Counted from the stretch's first letter, positions 1 through 10,584 are shown. The stretch is DNA of 64,000 nucleotides from Candidatus Woesearchaeota archaeon (GCA_937912225.1 CALDOJ010000036.1:31191-95190); one strand, 5' to 3'. The notes: generated by a model from the sequence alone, not told the origin. Made by a program: numbers and translations.

Positions 1-3000
1 TGTTTACAATAATGGTAGTGGATTCAAAAATATTTATGATGCTGATTGTAATGTTAATGGAAAAACAAATATTTATTACAATTTAACTTTAGATGCAATA
101 GGTGGAAACCACACCATCAGAGTTGTCATTGCATATTTGGGTACGCCAGGAGTTACTTGTGGAGCTGATTCTTCAACAGCAAAATGGACTGATACTGATG
201 ATATGACTTTTTATGTTAATCCACCACCTGATAATACTGTCCCCAGTGTTTCAAATCCTACGCCTGCAAATGGAACATTATATGAATTTCAAAGCGGATT
301 AGAAATAGATCTTTGCGTTAATATAACTGATAATTATGAACTAGATTCTAAAAGAGTTAATGTTACATGGAGTATTAATAGCCAAATATTTTCGCTTAGC
401 GCGTCTGGAGGAACATCTTATTGTTATGCATTTACAAATACTTCTTCAATAACAACTTATAATGTAACTTTTTTAGTTAATGATAGTTCTAATAACCAGA
501 ATAATTCGATAAATACTACTTTCATTATCCAAAGAACAACTAATATCACTATTGAATATCCTCTTCAAGGAAATGTTTATCCATACGAACCTCTTCAAAT
601 GAACATAACTGTTAGCGAAGGTTATGACGTGGATAAAGCATTTTACTCGTTAAACTCTGGTGCAAATACATCTATAATGAAAGACAGATATAATGCATCA
701 TTTACAACTTCTGATTCAGAAGGTGTGATTGGAGAAAACACTAGTACTTACAATAATCTTTCAATGTCTTTTAGAACAATTGAAAATATGAGTGTTAGAC
801 AAGTCGGATTACAATTAAAAAGAAATGGTTCTGGAAATAATTTTACTCAAATTCAAATAAGAACTGACAATGCAGGTCTTCCTTCATCCACTATTCTTGC
901 TTATGGAAACATTTCAAATAATTCTGTGAGCATTAATTACACCATGGTTAATATTACTTTAAACACCACTTTAAATTTAACAAATAACACTGTTTATTGG
1001 TTATTTTTAACACCTAATAGTTCAATTACAGATTTTTATACTTGGGAATCAAACAATAATAATTCTTATGCAACCGGAAATTATAGTAACAATGCAAGTT
1101 TAGATTTATTATTTTCAGTTTATGACAGATATAAATTTAGAACTATTTTTTCAGCGCTTTCAAAAAGCAACCACCAAATAATTGCTTATGCAAATAGTAG
1201 CTCTGAAGATAGCATTTCATCACCTTCAGTTAATTTCTCGATTGATTCAACAGCACCAATCATTTCAATTATTAATTACACGCCTTCAACAGCATCAAGT
1301 ATTGATCCAAATATAACAATTAATTATACAATAAATGTTACTGACAATATTGAAGTAGACACAGTTATAATTCAATATTTAAAACAAGGTAATTCCGTTT
1401 TTACAAATAGTACAACTGATAATTCAACAGGATTATTCATAGGAAATATTACCCCCACTTCCGAAGGTATTTGGATAGTTAGAGTTAAAGCAATTGACAG
1501 TTCTAACAATTCTAGACTCTCTTCAAATACAACTTTAAATGTAACTTATGAATATAATTGGAATATAACTCCAGGTTCATTTAATGAAACATCTGCGTTT
1601 TTAGATACAAACATCACTGTTGGAAATATTACTTTCAATAACTCTGGAGATTTTCCAATCAGTTTTAATATTTCTAAAACTGATTCAACTATTCCTTTAA
1701 TGTTTTTTAATGGTTCGGAAACATTTTCTTTTGTTGTTAGTCCATCAAGTCTTTCAATAATTTCAGTTATTACGACCGGACAAAATCTTGAAACTGAACA
1801 ACCAATGAGTATTTTTGTAAATGCTATAAATAGCACTTCAGAGCCAAGAAATAAAACTATAAACTTTACATTAATTTCGTATATTTCAGGTCCTTATTTG
1901 ACTGCTGAAATAACTACTTATGATTCAAATGTTAATCAAGGTCAAAATAGAATTGAATTAACTGCAAGAGTTAAAAATGTTGGTAATGAAACTGCTTATA
2001 ATGTTTCTAGTTATTGGGCTATTCCTAGTGATTGGACTGCTAAAACAAATTTAACTCAAAATTATTCAACCTTATCAATTGGAGAGCAAACTTCATTTAC
2101 AAGATATGTTAGTGTTGATTCTGATGCGTCGATTGGTAATAAAACTATTAACATAACAATTGTTTCGTCAGCCACTCAGAACAATTCTGATTCCAGAGTT
2201 GTTTTAGTTAATGGAACTGTTGAAGCAGAAGTTGTTGTTGTTAATAGTGGCGGAGGTGGGGGTGGCACTCGAACAGTTTACATTGCTCCTAGCGAAACTA
2301 AAGTTAATATTAGTTTAGAGGATATAGTTGAAATAAACAGAGGAACAAATGCAACCATCAATGCAACAATAGAAAACGTTGGTGATTTAGATTTACAGAA
2401 TGGTAGTTTTACTTTGGAAAATTTTCCATTAATTCATTATAAAATAACTCCTAATTCATTTGTTGAATTGAATACTAGTTCAAATTTCTCAGTTTCAATT
2501 TTTATTCAAATACCTAATTATTTTAATGGCGGGAAAAAAGAAGTTAGTTTTAATCTTGAAACAACAACCAAAGGAACAGTTAAGGAATTCAATAAAACTT
2601 TTACAATCATTGTTATTACTGAAGATAAAAGTTTAGCATTAGATTGTTTTAAAGAAGCAGAGAATTTGCTTAATATTAGTAAAGAAGAAGGACTTATAAT
2701 TAAAAGTTTAGATAAAAAACTTGTTGATGCAAAAAATAATTATGAAGATAAAAATTTTGTAGATGCAAATAATTTTTGTAAACAAATTCTAAAAGAATTA
2801 CAATTAGTTAAAGATATTAAAGTTAAAATCGACTCAATTCATAGTCGATATCAAGGATTAGAAGCTAATATATTTGAACTTAATGAACTTATAAGCTTAA
2901 TGGAGATGGCTTTTTCTCAGGAAGATTTTGAGCTTGCTAGTAAAAGAGCTGAACAAGCAGAATTATTATTAAATTTAAAAGAAGAAGAACAAAAAAGAAC

Positions 3001-3538
3001 TGTTAAAGAAGTATTTGAACTTGTTAAACTGAACAAAAAAGTTGTTGGTAGCTTATTAGTAATGGTTATTATAATCATTATTTTTGCTAATTCGTCACGA
3101 AAGCTTTTATCTGTTACAAAAAAACTGAATGTTCTTTCTGAACAACAAAACATATCTCATTCGAAAATTGATGATTTGCAAAGAAAATATTTTGTAAATA
3201 AAAGCATTCCAAGAATTTTATATGATAAAGAAAAAGCTTATCATACTAATAATCTTGCTATTCTTGAAAATAAAAAAAGTGAATTGAAATTAAAACGTTT
3301 ACAAATAATAAGTGGTAAAGATTTAGAAGATATTAAAAGAATTCAAAAAGAAGTTGAAGAAAATAAAAAAGAATTTCAAAGAAAATATTATGTTGATAAA
3401 ACTATAAGTAAAAAAACTTTCAAAAGATTAAATACTACTTTTGATAAAATCATGGACGAGTTAAATAAGAAACTTGAAATGAAAACAAAGAAAAAAATTA
3501 ATTTTAAACTTAAAAGATTGTTACGAAAACACAAATGA
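1..3538 (+). CDS. Very large Asn/Ser/Thr-rich surface (S-layer/adhesin-like) protein, partial at 5' end; type-I membrane topology with C-terminal TM helix and a charged coiled-coil cytoplasmic tail
   Basis: ORF track gives 137..3538, but the same frame is open with no stop from nt 2 (VYNNGSGFKNIYDADCNVNGK…), so the gene starts upstream of the window. Dozens of N-x-S/T sequons and a Gly6 linker. Hydrophobic helix LLVMVIIIIIFANSS near the C-terminus, followed by a K/E-rich tail containing IDDLQRKYFVNKSI and EFQRKYYVDKTISKKTF motifs. TGA stop overlaps the next start (ATGA). Confidence 0.75.
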   Translation, partial: VYNNGSGFKNIYDADCNVNGKTNIYYNLTLDAIGGNHTIRVVIAYLGTPGVTCGADSSTAKWTDTDDMTFYVNPPPDNTVPSVSNPTPANGTLYEFQSGLEIDLCVNITDNYELDSKRVNVTWSINSQIFSLSASGGTSYCYAFTNTSSITTYNVTFLVNDSSNNQNNSINTTFIIQRTTNITIEYPLQGNVYPYEPLQMNITVSEGYDVDKAFYSLNSGANTSIMKDRYNASFTTSDSEGVIGENTSTYNNLSMSFRTIENMSVRQVGLQLKRNGSGNNFTQIQIRTDNAGLPSSTILAYGNISNNSVSINYTMVNITLNTTLNLTNNTVYWLFLTPNSSITDFYTWESNNNNSYATGNYSNNASLDLLFSVYDRYKFRTIFSALSKSNHQIIAYANSSSEDSISSPSVNFSIDSTAPIISIINYTPSTASSIDPNITINYTINVTDNIEVDTVIIQYLKQGNSVFTNSTTDNSTGLFIGNITPTSEGIWIVRVKAIDSSNNSRLSSNTTLNVTYEYNWNITPGSFNETSAFLDTNITVGNITFNNSGDFPISFNISKTDSTIPLMFFNGSETFSFVVSPSSLSIISVITTGQNLETEQPMSIFVNAINSTSEPRNKTINFTLISYISGPYLTAEITTYDSNVNQGQNRIELTARVKNVGNETAYNVSSYWAIPSDWTAKTNLTQNYSTLSIGEQTSFTRYVSVDSDASIGNKTINITIVSSATQNNSDSRVVLVNGTVEAEVVVVNSGGGGGGTRTVYIAPSETKVNISLEDIVEINRGTNATINATIENVGDLDLQNGSFTLENFPLIHYKITPNSFVELNTSSNFSVSIFIQIPNYFNGGKKEVSFNLETTTKGTVKEFNKTFTIIVITEDKSLALDCFKEAENLLNISKEEGLIIKSLDKKLVDAKNNYEDKNFVDANNFCKQILKELQLVKDIKVKIDSIHSRYQGLEANIFELNELISLMEMAFSQEDFELASKRAEQAELLLNLKEEEQKRTVKEVFELVKLNKKVVGSLLVMVIIIIIFANSSRKLLSVTKKLNVLSEQQNISHSKIDDLQRKYFVNKSIPRILYDKEKAYHTNNLAILENKKSELKLKRLQIISGKDLEDIKRIQKEVEENKKEFQRKYYVDKTISKKTFKRLNTTFDKIMDELNKKLEMKTKKKINFKLKRLLRKHK

Positions 3539-4881
3539 TATTTCAAAAAACTAAACTAATAGGATTAAGTATTATGATTGTTTTATTAATCTGTTCTGTA
3601 GAGGGAGCAACTGAACAAAGCATATTATCCAGTCTTTCTAAAATTGAAGTTTTAAAACAAGAAATGATTGATTCAGGTATAAATGTTCTTTTAATGAATG
3701 ATTTGATTGCAGAAGTTAATATTTATCTTGATGAGAATAGATTCGATGATGCAGAGACGGTTATTCAATCAATTTATCAAATTAAAGATTCTGCTTTTAA
3801 AACTCAAAATGAAATGTCTCGTGTTAATAAACTATACCTCGAATTGTTAGATAAAAATATTAGTTTAGTAACTGTTAGTAATGCTAAACTTGAATCGGAT
3901 CTTGTTTATGCTAAAAGAGAGTTTGAAAATGAAAATTATGCAGAATCATTAACATTATTAACAAAAGTTGAGTCTGTTCTCTTAGAGAATATAGGACTTA
4001 GATTTAATTCATTAAAAGAATTAATTTTGGAGCTAGAATTAAAGGCTGAAGAATTAAATACTCCTTCTTCACGTATTAAAACTTTAAAAGATTTGCTTGA
4101 TGAATCATTAGAGAAAGGTTTAATTGATGAATTGATTATTATTGAAGATGAACTTGATGAAATAAAAAATAGTTTTGAATTTATCAAAGAACTTAGAGCA
4201 GATTTTTTATTATTAGAACAATCCAATCTTTCAACAGAGAGATTATCCGATGGTTTACGTGATGCAGAGATTGACTTAAGTTTTTCTGATTATAAATCTG
4301 CTAATGCCAAGTTTGCTGAACTGAAGCTTTTAAAAGATAAAATTTTGACTGTGAAAAAAAATGTTGAAACTTTAGAAAATCTTTTTTTAGAAGAAGAATA
4401 TGGTGATTTAGAAATTGAAGCTCTTGAATCTAGTTTAAAAAAAGCTAATGAAGAATTATACCTCGGCAATTACGAATTAGCTGAAGAAATAGTTTTGCAG
4501 GTTAAAATTGATTATGAAAATTTGAAAGCAGATTCATTGGTTAAAACAGTTGGTGCAAGAAAAGAGCAACTTAGCTTTCAAGAGTTTATTAAAAAAAATC
4601 TTGGTTTAATAGTAATCATTCTAATTGTTGGTATTTTGGCAATGATTTTAACAAAGAAAACTTGGATGTTTGCTTTAAGGAAAAAATTACTTAGAAATCA
4701 CAATAAAGAACTTGACGTTAATAGGAAAATGGTTGATGACCTTCAAAGAAAATATTACATTAAAAGAACTATTTCTAGAGAAACTTATGATGAAAGTTTT
4801 GAATTGCTTAGTGGAAACATAATGGAATTAGATGATAAGATTTCTTTATTAAACAAAAAGATTAAAAAGGACAAGAAATAA
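3535..4881 (+). CDS. Secreted/type-I membrane coiled-coil protein with the same C-terminal 'DDLQRKYY…TIS' cytoplasmic tail module
   Basis: N-terminal signal peptide (MIFQKTKLIGLSIMIVLLICSVEGA), a long heptad-like Glu/Leu/Lys-rich region, C-terminal TM helix LGLIVIILIVGILAMIL, then the tail VDDLQRKYYIKRTISRETYDESFELLSGNIMELDDKISLLNKKI. Translationally coupled to the upstream gene by a 4-nt overlap. Confidence 0.7.
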   Translation: MIFQKTKLIGLSIMIVLLICSVEGATEQSILSSLSKIEVLKQEMIDSGINVLLMNDLIAEVNIYLDENRFDDAETVIQSIYQIKDSAFKTQNEMSRVNKLYLELLDKNISLVTVSNAKLESDLVYAKREFENENYAESLTLLTKVESVLLENIGLRFNSLKELILELELKAEELNTPSSRIKTLKDLLDESLEKGLIDELIIIEDELDEIKNSFEFIKELRADFLLLEQSNLSTERLSDGLRDAEIDLSFSDYKSANAKFAELKLLKDKILTVKKNVETLENLFLEEEYGDLEIEALESSLKKANEELYLGNYELAEEIVLQVKIDYENLKADSLVKTVGARKEQLSFQEFIKKNLGLIVIILIVGILAMILTKKTWMFALRKKLLRNHNKELDVNRKMVDDLQRKYYIKRTISRETYDESFELLSGNIMELDDKISLLNKKIKKDKK

Positions 4882-4892
4882 GAAGTATAATC

Positions 4893-5420
4893 ATGGATTT
4901 ATATGAAGAAATAAAAAACAAACAAATCGTATTAGTTGTTCTTCCAAAAGCACAGTATATAAATAAGTTAATGGAAGTTGTTAAAGCAATTGATTCTGTT
5001 TCAAAAAAGATTTGTTATGTTGCTTTAAATAAGCCTTATAATAGCATTATGAGCATGCTTCAATCACATGAAATTCTTGTTGAGAAGTATTTTTTTATAG
5101 ATGTTCTTACTAGCTCTGTTAAGATTCCTGAACCTATCGAGTATTGCGAGTTTGTTCAATCTCCAAGTGCTTTAACTGATATAAGCTTGGGTTTTTCTAA
5201 AGCCATGCAAGAGAAAGGTTGTGATAATGCTATTTTTGATACTATTTCAACATTAATGATTTATCAAGACATTGGAGAAATTATTAAATTTACACAAAAC
5301 ATGATGACTAAGGCTCGAGTTAGCAATATGAAATCAGTTTATGTTACTCTAAAAGAAGACAGTGAAGAGTTAATTAAAGATTTGATGATGTTTGTTGATG
5401 GCGTTATTGAGTTAGAATAA
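4893..5420 (+). CDS. Hypothetical protein, possible KaiC/RecA-like fold lacking Walker A (DUF835-like)
   Basis: 175 aa. Alternating beta/alpha pattern (IVLVVLPKAQY…ICYVALNKPY…FFIDVLT…AIFDTIS…VYVTLKED) without a P-loop. Sits 11 nt after the previous gene and 33 nt before a CheY receiver. The family assignment is a guess from memory. Confidence 0.35.
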   Translation: MDLYEEIKNKQIVLVVLPKAQYINKLMEVVKAIDSVSKKICYVALNKPYNSIMSMLQSHEILVEKYFFIDVLTSSVKIPEPIEYCEFVQSPSALTDISLGFSKAMQEKGCDNAIFDTISTLMIYQDIGEIIKFTQNMMTKARVSNMKSVYVTLKEDSEELIKDLMMFVDGVIELE

Positions 5421-5453
5421 AAAATGAAAAAATTAATAAATGAATAAACAAAG

Positions 5454-5831
5454 GTGATACTTATGGCTAAGAAAATTTTACTTGTGGATGACGAACCACA
5501 CATTATTGAACTTGAAAAAGCAATTCTTACACTTGAAGGTTTTGAAATTTTAACTGCTGAAGATGGAGCAACTGCTCTTGAAATATTAAAAACAGAAAAG
5601 CCTGACTTAGTTATTCTTGACATGATGATGCCTGGAATGAGTGGCAGGGAGACTTGTGACTCTATTCGAAAGAATCCTAAGACTAAAGATTTGAAGGTTA
5701 TCTTTGTGACTGTTGCTAAGTTTTCTGAGATGGGTCAAAAAAGTCTTGAAGAACTTGGAGTTTCAGATTATTTGACTAAACCATTTGATAATGATGAGTT
5801 AGTTGCAAGAGTTAAGAAAGCTTTAAAATAA
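5454..5831 (+). CDS. Stand-alone response regulator receiver (CheY-like) protein
   Basis: KILLVDDEPHIIELEKAILTLEGFEILTAEDGATALEIL…PDLVILDMMMPGMSG…KVIFVTV…LTKPF shows the canonical receiver layout (DD, phospho-acceptor D in LVILD, T, K). No output domain. Confidence 0.9.
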   Translation: MILMAKKILLVDDEPHIIELEKAILTLEGFEILTAEDGATALEILKTEKPDLVILDMMMPGMSGRETCDSIRKNPKTKDLKVIFVTVAKFSEMGQKSLEELGVSDYLTKPFDNDELVARVKKALK

Positions 5832-5839
5832 ATCTAAAA

Positions 5840-8800
5840 TTAATTATTTTCTTTAAATCTATTAAATACTGTTAGTTCGTGTTCTCCTTCTGCTCTCTTT
5901 GTTGTTGGAAGTGTAAAATAAAATGTTGAACCTTTGTTTAGCTTACTTTCAACCCACATACTTCCGCCTAATACTTCAATTATTCCTTTTGAAATTGCAA
6001 GTCCTAAACCAGTTCCACCAACTTTTCTAGTATATGAAGAATCTGCTTGGTAGAATCGTTCAAAGATTTTCTTTAAGTTTTTCTTTTCAATTCCTGTTCC
6101 TTCATCTTTAACTGCAAATAATAATTCTTTATCTTGTTTTTTAACTGAGATAATTATTTTAGTGTTAGGTTTGTCAGAATATTTGACAGCATTGTTTACC
6201 AAATTTACAATTACTTGTGATAACCTGCTTTTATCAACAATTGCATCTTGGATTTTAGAATCAACATTCATTTCTAATTCGACCTGTTTTTTAGCGGCCA
6301 TCACATACAATTCATTAACAACATCTTTTACTAATTCTGATAAATTAATTTTTTCAAAAAAGAATTTCATTGTTCCAAGGTCCAGTCTTGATAAATCTAA
6401 AATATCATCAATTAATTGTTTTAATCTATCTGCATCTTTCATTACAATGCTTAAATAATAATCTCGTTGTGTTTTATTTTCTAAAATCTTCTTATTTTGT
6501 AAAAGTGTTGCAAACCCGTGAATTGATGCTAATGGAGTTTTTAATTCGTGAGCGGTAACTGAAATAAACTCGCTTTTGTATTTGTCCATTTTCTTCATTT
6601 CTTTATTTGCAGCATTTAGTTCTTTATTGATTCCAACTAATCTTTTTTCAGATATCTCAAGTTCTTCTTTTGAAAGACTAACATCTTCAAGAATGTTAAG
6701 AACTGCAGTTCTTGTTTTTTCAAGTTCTTCGACTTTGTTATTTAACTCTACAGTTTTATTTTCAACTAAAGTTTCTAGTTCTTCTTCATGTAACTGTAAT
6801 TCTTTCCGAGATTCTTCTAATTCTTTAGTTCTTTCTTTAACAGTTATTTCTAAGTTAGTAGTTATTTTTTGAAGTTCGTTTGTTTTTTCATCAACTTCTT
6901 TTCTAAGAGTGTTTGTTAATAAAAAATTAAAAACTATTCCTATTATTAAAATTGCAAACATAATTCCTGCAGTAGAAGTCCAAATACTATTTATAGTCTG
7001 TTCAACAAAAGAAACTACTTCTGCTTCATCCATTTTAGTTACAATTCCAACATCTAATTCGGGTATATAATTGGTTACAGCAATAACAGGTGTGTTTCGA
7101 TAATCATTAAAATCTAAAAACACATCTTGATTATTTAACAAAGCTTGTGTTATTGGAATTTCAGTATTTTCTTTTGGAATGATATCTTGAGCTTCTGCTT
7201 CTGTTTCAAACCTTCTTTTGGAAAAAAATTCTGCATCTCCATTTCTATTCCTAAATGCCACTAAACTTTCTCCAGTTTCTCCCATACCAATTTCGTTATT
7301 AAATTTTTCAACTAAGACTTCTGTGTTTAAATTTGCAACTAACACTCCTTCATTATAAGGTATTGAAATAGAAAAAAATATTTTTTCTTCAGTCTCAGAA
7401 TAATAAACTGATTTAAAATAAGTTTCAATTTTTCCAAATAGGAATGCCTCCTCAGTTGATTTATCTAAACCAATATTTTGTTCGTTTGAAGAAGCAATTA
7501 CTATTCCGTCAGAATTTAAAATAAATAACTCGTTAAATTCATTGATGTTATTAACAAGCTTTTTTTGTTCTTCGATTGAAAGTTCTTCATCAATTGCAAA
7601 AATTTTAAGTCTATATTCTTGCTCTTTAAGATATTCCTGAATAAACTTTGATTGTAAGTTAGCAATTGTAGATAATTGACTTGCTATTGTTAATGATCGT
7701 TCTTCTTTCATAGACTGAGTAACATTATATGTGTTAAAAAGAAATAATCCTAATATTAATAACAATGAAATACTAAGTAAAATTACAACAGTGTTTTTCT
7801 CAAAATGAATTAGTTTTAATTTATATAAAAAAAATACTATTATTAGAATTATGATACCTACACCTATAAACACAAACATTAACTTAGTTAAGGATAATTC
7901 TTCTGATTTAACTTCTTCCTTGAATTGAGATATGTCCTGAATAACAACAACTGTTCCAACTTTATTTCCTCCAGCATCATAAAGTGCAAAACCACCATCT
8001 ACAAACGTCTTTTCGCCTAATGAAAATTCATGAAACATGCTCCCTTCATCAGATGATAATTTAAAGTGATTCTCATTAAATGAAGCTTCATTAAAAAGCA
8101 AGTTTGTTTTATCTGTAGAATCAATCAAAAGAAAGTCGTCCATATCATAATAATTATTTCTCAGCCCTTTAAGTTCTCTTATAAAAGCCCATTCATGTTC
8201 ATCAATGAAATCTTTTTTAACAACTATTCCATAATCAAAACCTGTTTGTTGTTTCATAGCGTTAATGAACTTATCAATTTCTTGACCGAATTCAACATAA
8301 CCAATTAATTCACCATTATAATAATAAGGATGAACTACTCTTAATGCAAAGGCAGTCTTTCCAAGTTCTATTCCAGCACCCCAAGAATTTGATAATTTAG
8401 ATTGTTCAAATGTGATTCTTGTTATTTCATCACCAAAAATATCTTTATTATGAACTCGTAAAAGATTAGTTCCGTTTAAATTATAAAAATAAAAATGTGT
8501 TATATCATATACTTCCTTGTTTTTATTAAACATTTCAACAACTGAATTATACAATTTATCTCTATCTCCTTCTAAAAAGATTTTTTTATATTCTTCTTGT
8601 TCCATAAAATTAGTCATTAAATTTTTCAAAGTAGTTACATCTTTTTCATTTAAAACATCAAAAACTATTTTTGCGTCTTGAATATTTTTTAAAACTAATT
8701 TTTCAAGAGAGATTTCAGATAATAATTCTTCCTTAGAAGTAAGTGTGATTCCTGATTCATATTCATCCAAGTAAGTAGTTGCTGCAACATGTAATCCAAC

Positions 8801-9310
8801 ACCATCAGCTGTTTTAGCATTAACAAGAACTATATGCATATATTTCTGTTTAATACTTCCATCTGCTTCTTCCCAATCATAAATACCTTCAGCTTCAACC
8901 CCGCCTTCTGTTTTTGACATAATATTCCAAAAACCAGGAAGTTTATCTGCAAGATTATGAAGGTCTAAATTAACTATGCTTGGATTAACGTGAAATCTTG
9001 CAATTAAAGAATTGTAATCAGTTACTGCTGTATAACCAGATTTACCAACTTGTTGAACTGCAATTTCTTGAAAGTAAGAATCATTTTGAAGATCTAAAAC
9101 TGTTTTATCAGGATTTAATGTAATATAAATCTCGATTTGTTTTGCAACATCAATTGCTTTTTGTTTAATAAACAATTCCGCTTGTTTTAAGAATTCGTTA
9201 GTTGAAGAAGATTCATAATCTGCTACTGATGTAACAGTATTACTTTCAGCAACAACTAAAGTTGAAACTAATAAAAACAATACAAAAATTAATTTAAACA
9301 ATTTATTCAT
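5840..9310 (-). CDS. Membrane sensor histidine kinase with two extracytoplasmic sensor regions, coiled-coil, HisKA and HATPase_c domains
   Basis: 1156 aa. Signal/TM at the N-terminus, at least four TM helices separating two large extracellular segments (Cache-like). H-box SEFISVTAHELKTPLASIHGF (plus 6507-6560, reverse). C-terminal GHKL ATPase motifs (N box …NLVNNAVKYS, G1 DEGTGI, G2 GGTGLGLAI). Convergent with the CheY gene, leaving an 8-bp gap. Confidence 0.9.
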   Translation of the reverse strand: MNKLFKLIFVLFLLVSTLVVAESNTVTSVADYESSSTNEFLKQAELFIKQKAIDVAKQIEIYITLNPDKTVLDLQNDSYFQEIAVQQVGKSGYTAVTDYNSLIARFHVNPSIVNLDLHNLADKLPGFWNIMSKTEGGVEAEGIYDWEEADGSIKQKYMHIVLVNAKTADGVGLHVAATTYLDEYESGITLTSKEELLSEISLEKLVLKNIQDAKIVFDVLNEKDVTTLKNLMTNFMEQEEYKKIFLEGDRDKLYNSVVEMFNKNKEVYDITHFYFYNLNGTNLLRVHNKDIFGDEITRITFEQSKLSNSWGAGIELGKTAFALRVVHPYYYNGELIGYVEFGQEIDKFINAMKQQTGFDYGIVVKKDFIDEHEWAFIRELKGLRNNYYDMDDFLLIDSTDKTNLLFNEASFNENHFKLSSDEGSMFHEFSLGEKTFVDGGFALYDAGGNKVGTVVVIQDISQFKEEVKSEELSLTKLMFVFIGVGIIILIIVFFLYKLKLIHFEKNTVVILLSISLLLILGLFLFNTYNVTQSMKEERSLTIASQLSTIANLQSKFIQEYLKEQEYRLKIFAIDEELSIEEQKKLVNNINEFNELFILNSDGIVIASSNEQNIGLDKSTEEAFLFGKIETYFKSVYYSETEEKIFFSISIPYNEGVLVANLNTEVLVEKFNNEIGMGETGESLVAFRNRNGDAEFFSKRRFETEAEAQDIIPKENTEIPITQALLNNQDVFLDFNDYRNTPVIAVTNYIPELDVGIVTKMDEAEVVSFVEQTINSIWTSTAGIMFAILIIGIVFNFLLTNTLRKEVDEKTNELQKITTNLEITVKERTKELEESRKELQLHEEELETLVENKTVELNNKVEELEKTRTAVLNILEDVSLSKEELEISEKRLVGINKELNAANKEMKKMDKYKSEFISVTAHELKTPLASIHGFATLLQNKKILENKTQRDYYLSIVMKDADRLKQLIDDILDLSRLDLGTMKFFFEKINLSELVKDVVNELYVMAAKKQVELEMNVDSKIQDAIVDKSRLSQVIVNLVNNAVKYSDKPNTKIIISVKKQDKELLFAVKDEGTGIEKKNLKKIFERFYQADSSYTRKVGGTGLGLAISKGIIEVLGGSMWVESKLNKGSTFYFTLPTTKRAEGEHELTVFNRFKENN

Positions 9311-10584
9311 TTTTTCTTTTCTAATTTTAATTCTAATTCTTTAACTTGTTTTTTTAATTCAACCATTTTCATTTCTCGTCCAACTGTTAAATTACTAAAT
9401 TTTTCTAGTTGTTCAATTTTTATTTTAAGCTCTTTTGTTCGGCTTTCTACTTCTGATTCTAATTCTTTCTCGTGATTTTTAATTTTATTATTTGATGTTT
9501 TTAACTCATCAGACATTTTATTAAATGCGACTGATAATTCTCCAAGTTCGTCTTTTGACTTGACTTGAATTTTATAATTAAGATTTTCTTTTGCGAATTC
9601 TTCAGTTCCTTTAACTATTTCTCCTAAAGGCGAAGTTATTGTTTTTGAAAAAAGGAATGCGAAAATACTTGCAAAAATTGTAATTAATAAACTAACAAAA
9701 ACTGTTGCTTTCATCAAATCATTTACTGGCTGTAATGCTTCTTCTGTATCTATGGCTGCTAACAGACAAATTTCTCGTTCTGGAATCCAAATATGATAAT
9801 CTATCACTTCAATATTTCTATAACCAATATATTTCAAAGAACTTTCTTTTCCGTCTAAGCAATCTTCAACACCTGAATTATAAATTGCGCCTTTAAGAGC
9901 CATGTCGTCTTTAAATCTTGATTCTGTTAACATATAATTAAATTTGTTCACTAAGTATGTTTCTCCTGTGTCACCCATACCAGAACGTTCAGTCAATATT
10001 GAACTAATAACTTTTAGATTAACTCTGCCAACCAATACTCCTTTAACTATTCCATTTTCATCTTTTATTGGTGTTGAAACAGTCATAGAAGGTAAATTTA
10101 ATGATAAATCATAATAAAAAGGTTGAATATAAGATTCTGTTAAACCACGCTTAAAATAAATTTCATTTGATTTAATCTTGCCTTCTTGTTTTTTATCAGT
10201 TGACATATGGGCTATGCCTTTTTCATTTAAGATAAATAATTCAAAAAAATTTTGACTTGGAGAATTTAAAGTTTTTATTAAATAATCTTGAAGTTTATGA
10301 TGAGCAATCATATCATTAGAATTTGAAACTTCATGAAAATTATTCATAGCATAAAATAAATTCAGAAGAGTCTCATCTTGAGATAATTCTTCTAAATGAT
10401 ATTTTTCTTCAATAATAAAACTTTCAACTTGATTGGCTTTTAATACTGCTATACTTTCTAATTGAGATCGGACTCTATCTTCAATAGAAGATTTACCTAT
10501 TATAAAAAAAATTAAACTACTTACAAGTATAATTATTAGAGCTAAACTAATAAACACGCTTATTAATTTTATACTTAGTTTCAA
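9307..10584 (-). CDS. Membrane sensor-domain protein with extracellular Cache-like domain, HAMP domain and C-terminal coiled-coil; no kinase domain
   Basis: N-terminal TM, periplasmic region, second TM (TVFVSLLITIFASIFAFLF), HAMP-like ITSPLGEIVKGTEEFAKENLNYKIQVKSKDELGELSVAFNKMSDELK. Ends in …EQLEKFSNLTVGREMKMVELKKQVKELE. The 4-nt overlap with the kinase start indicates co-translation. Confidence 0.75.
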   Translation of the reverse strand: MKLSIKLISVFISLALIIILVSSLIFFIIGKSSIEDRVRSQLESIAVLKANQVESFIIEEKYHLEELSQDETLLNLFYAMNNFHEVSNSNDMIAHHKLQDYLIKTLNSPSQNFFELFILNEKGIAHMSTDKKQEGKIKSNEIYFKRGLTESYIQPFYYDLSLNLPSMTVSTPIKDENGIVKGVLVGRVNLKVISSILTERSGMGDTGETYLVNKFNYMLTESRFKDDMALKGAIYNSGVEDCLDGKESSLKYIGYRNIEVIDYHIWIPEREICLLAAIDTEEALQPVNDLMKATVFVSLLITIFASIFAFLFSKTITSPLGEIVKGTEEFAKENLNYKIQVKSKDELGELSVAFNKMSDELKTSNNKIKNHEKELESEVESRTKELKIKIEQLEKFSNLTVGREMKMVELKKQVKELELKLEKKK

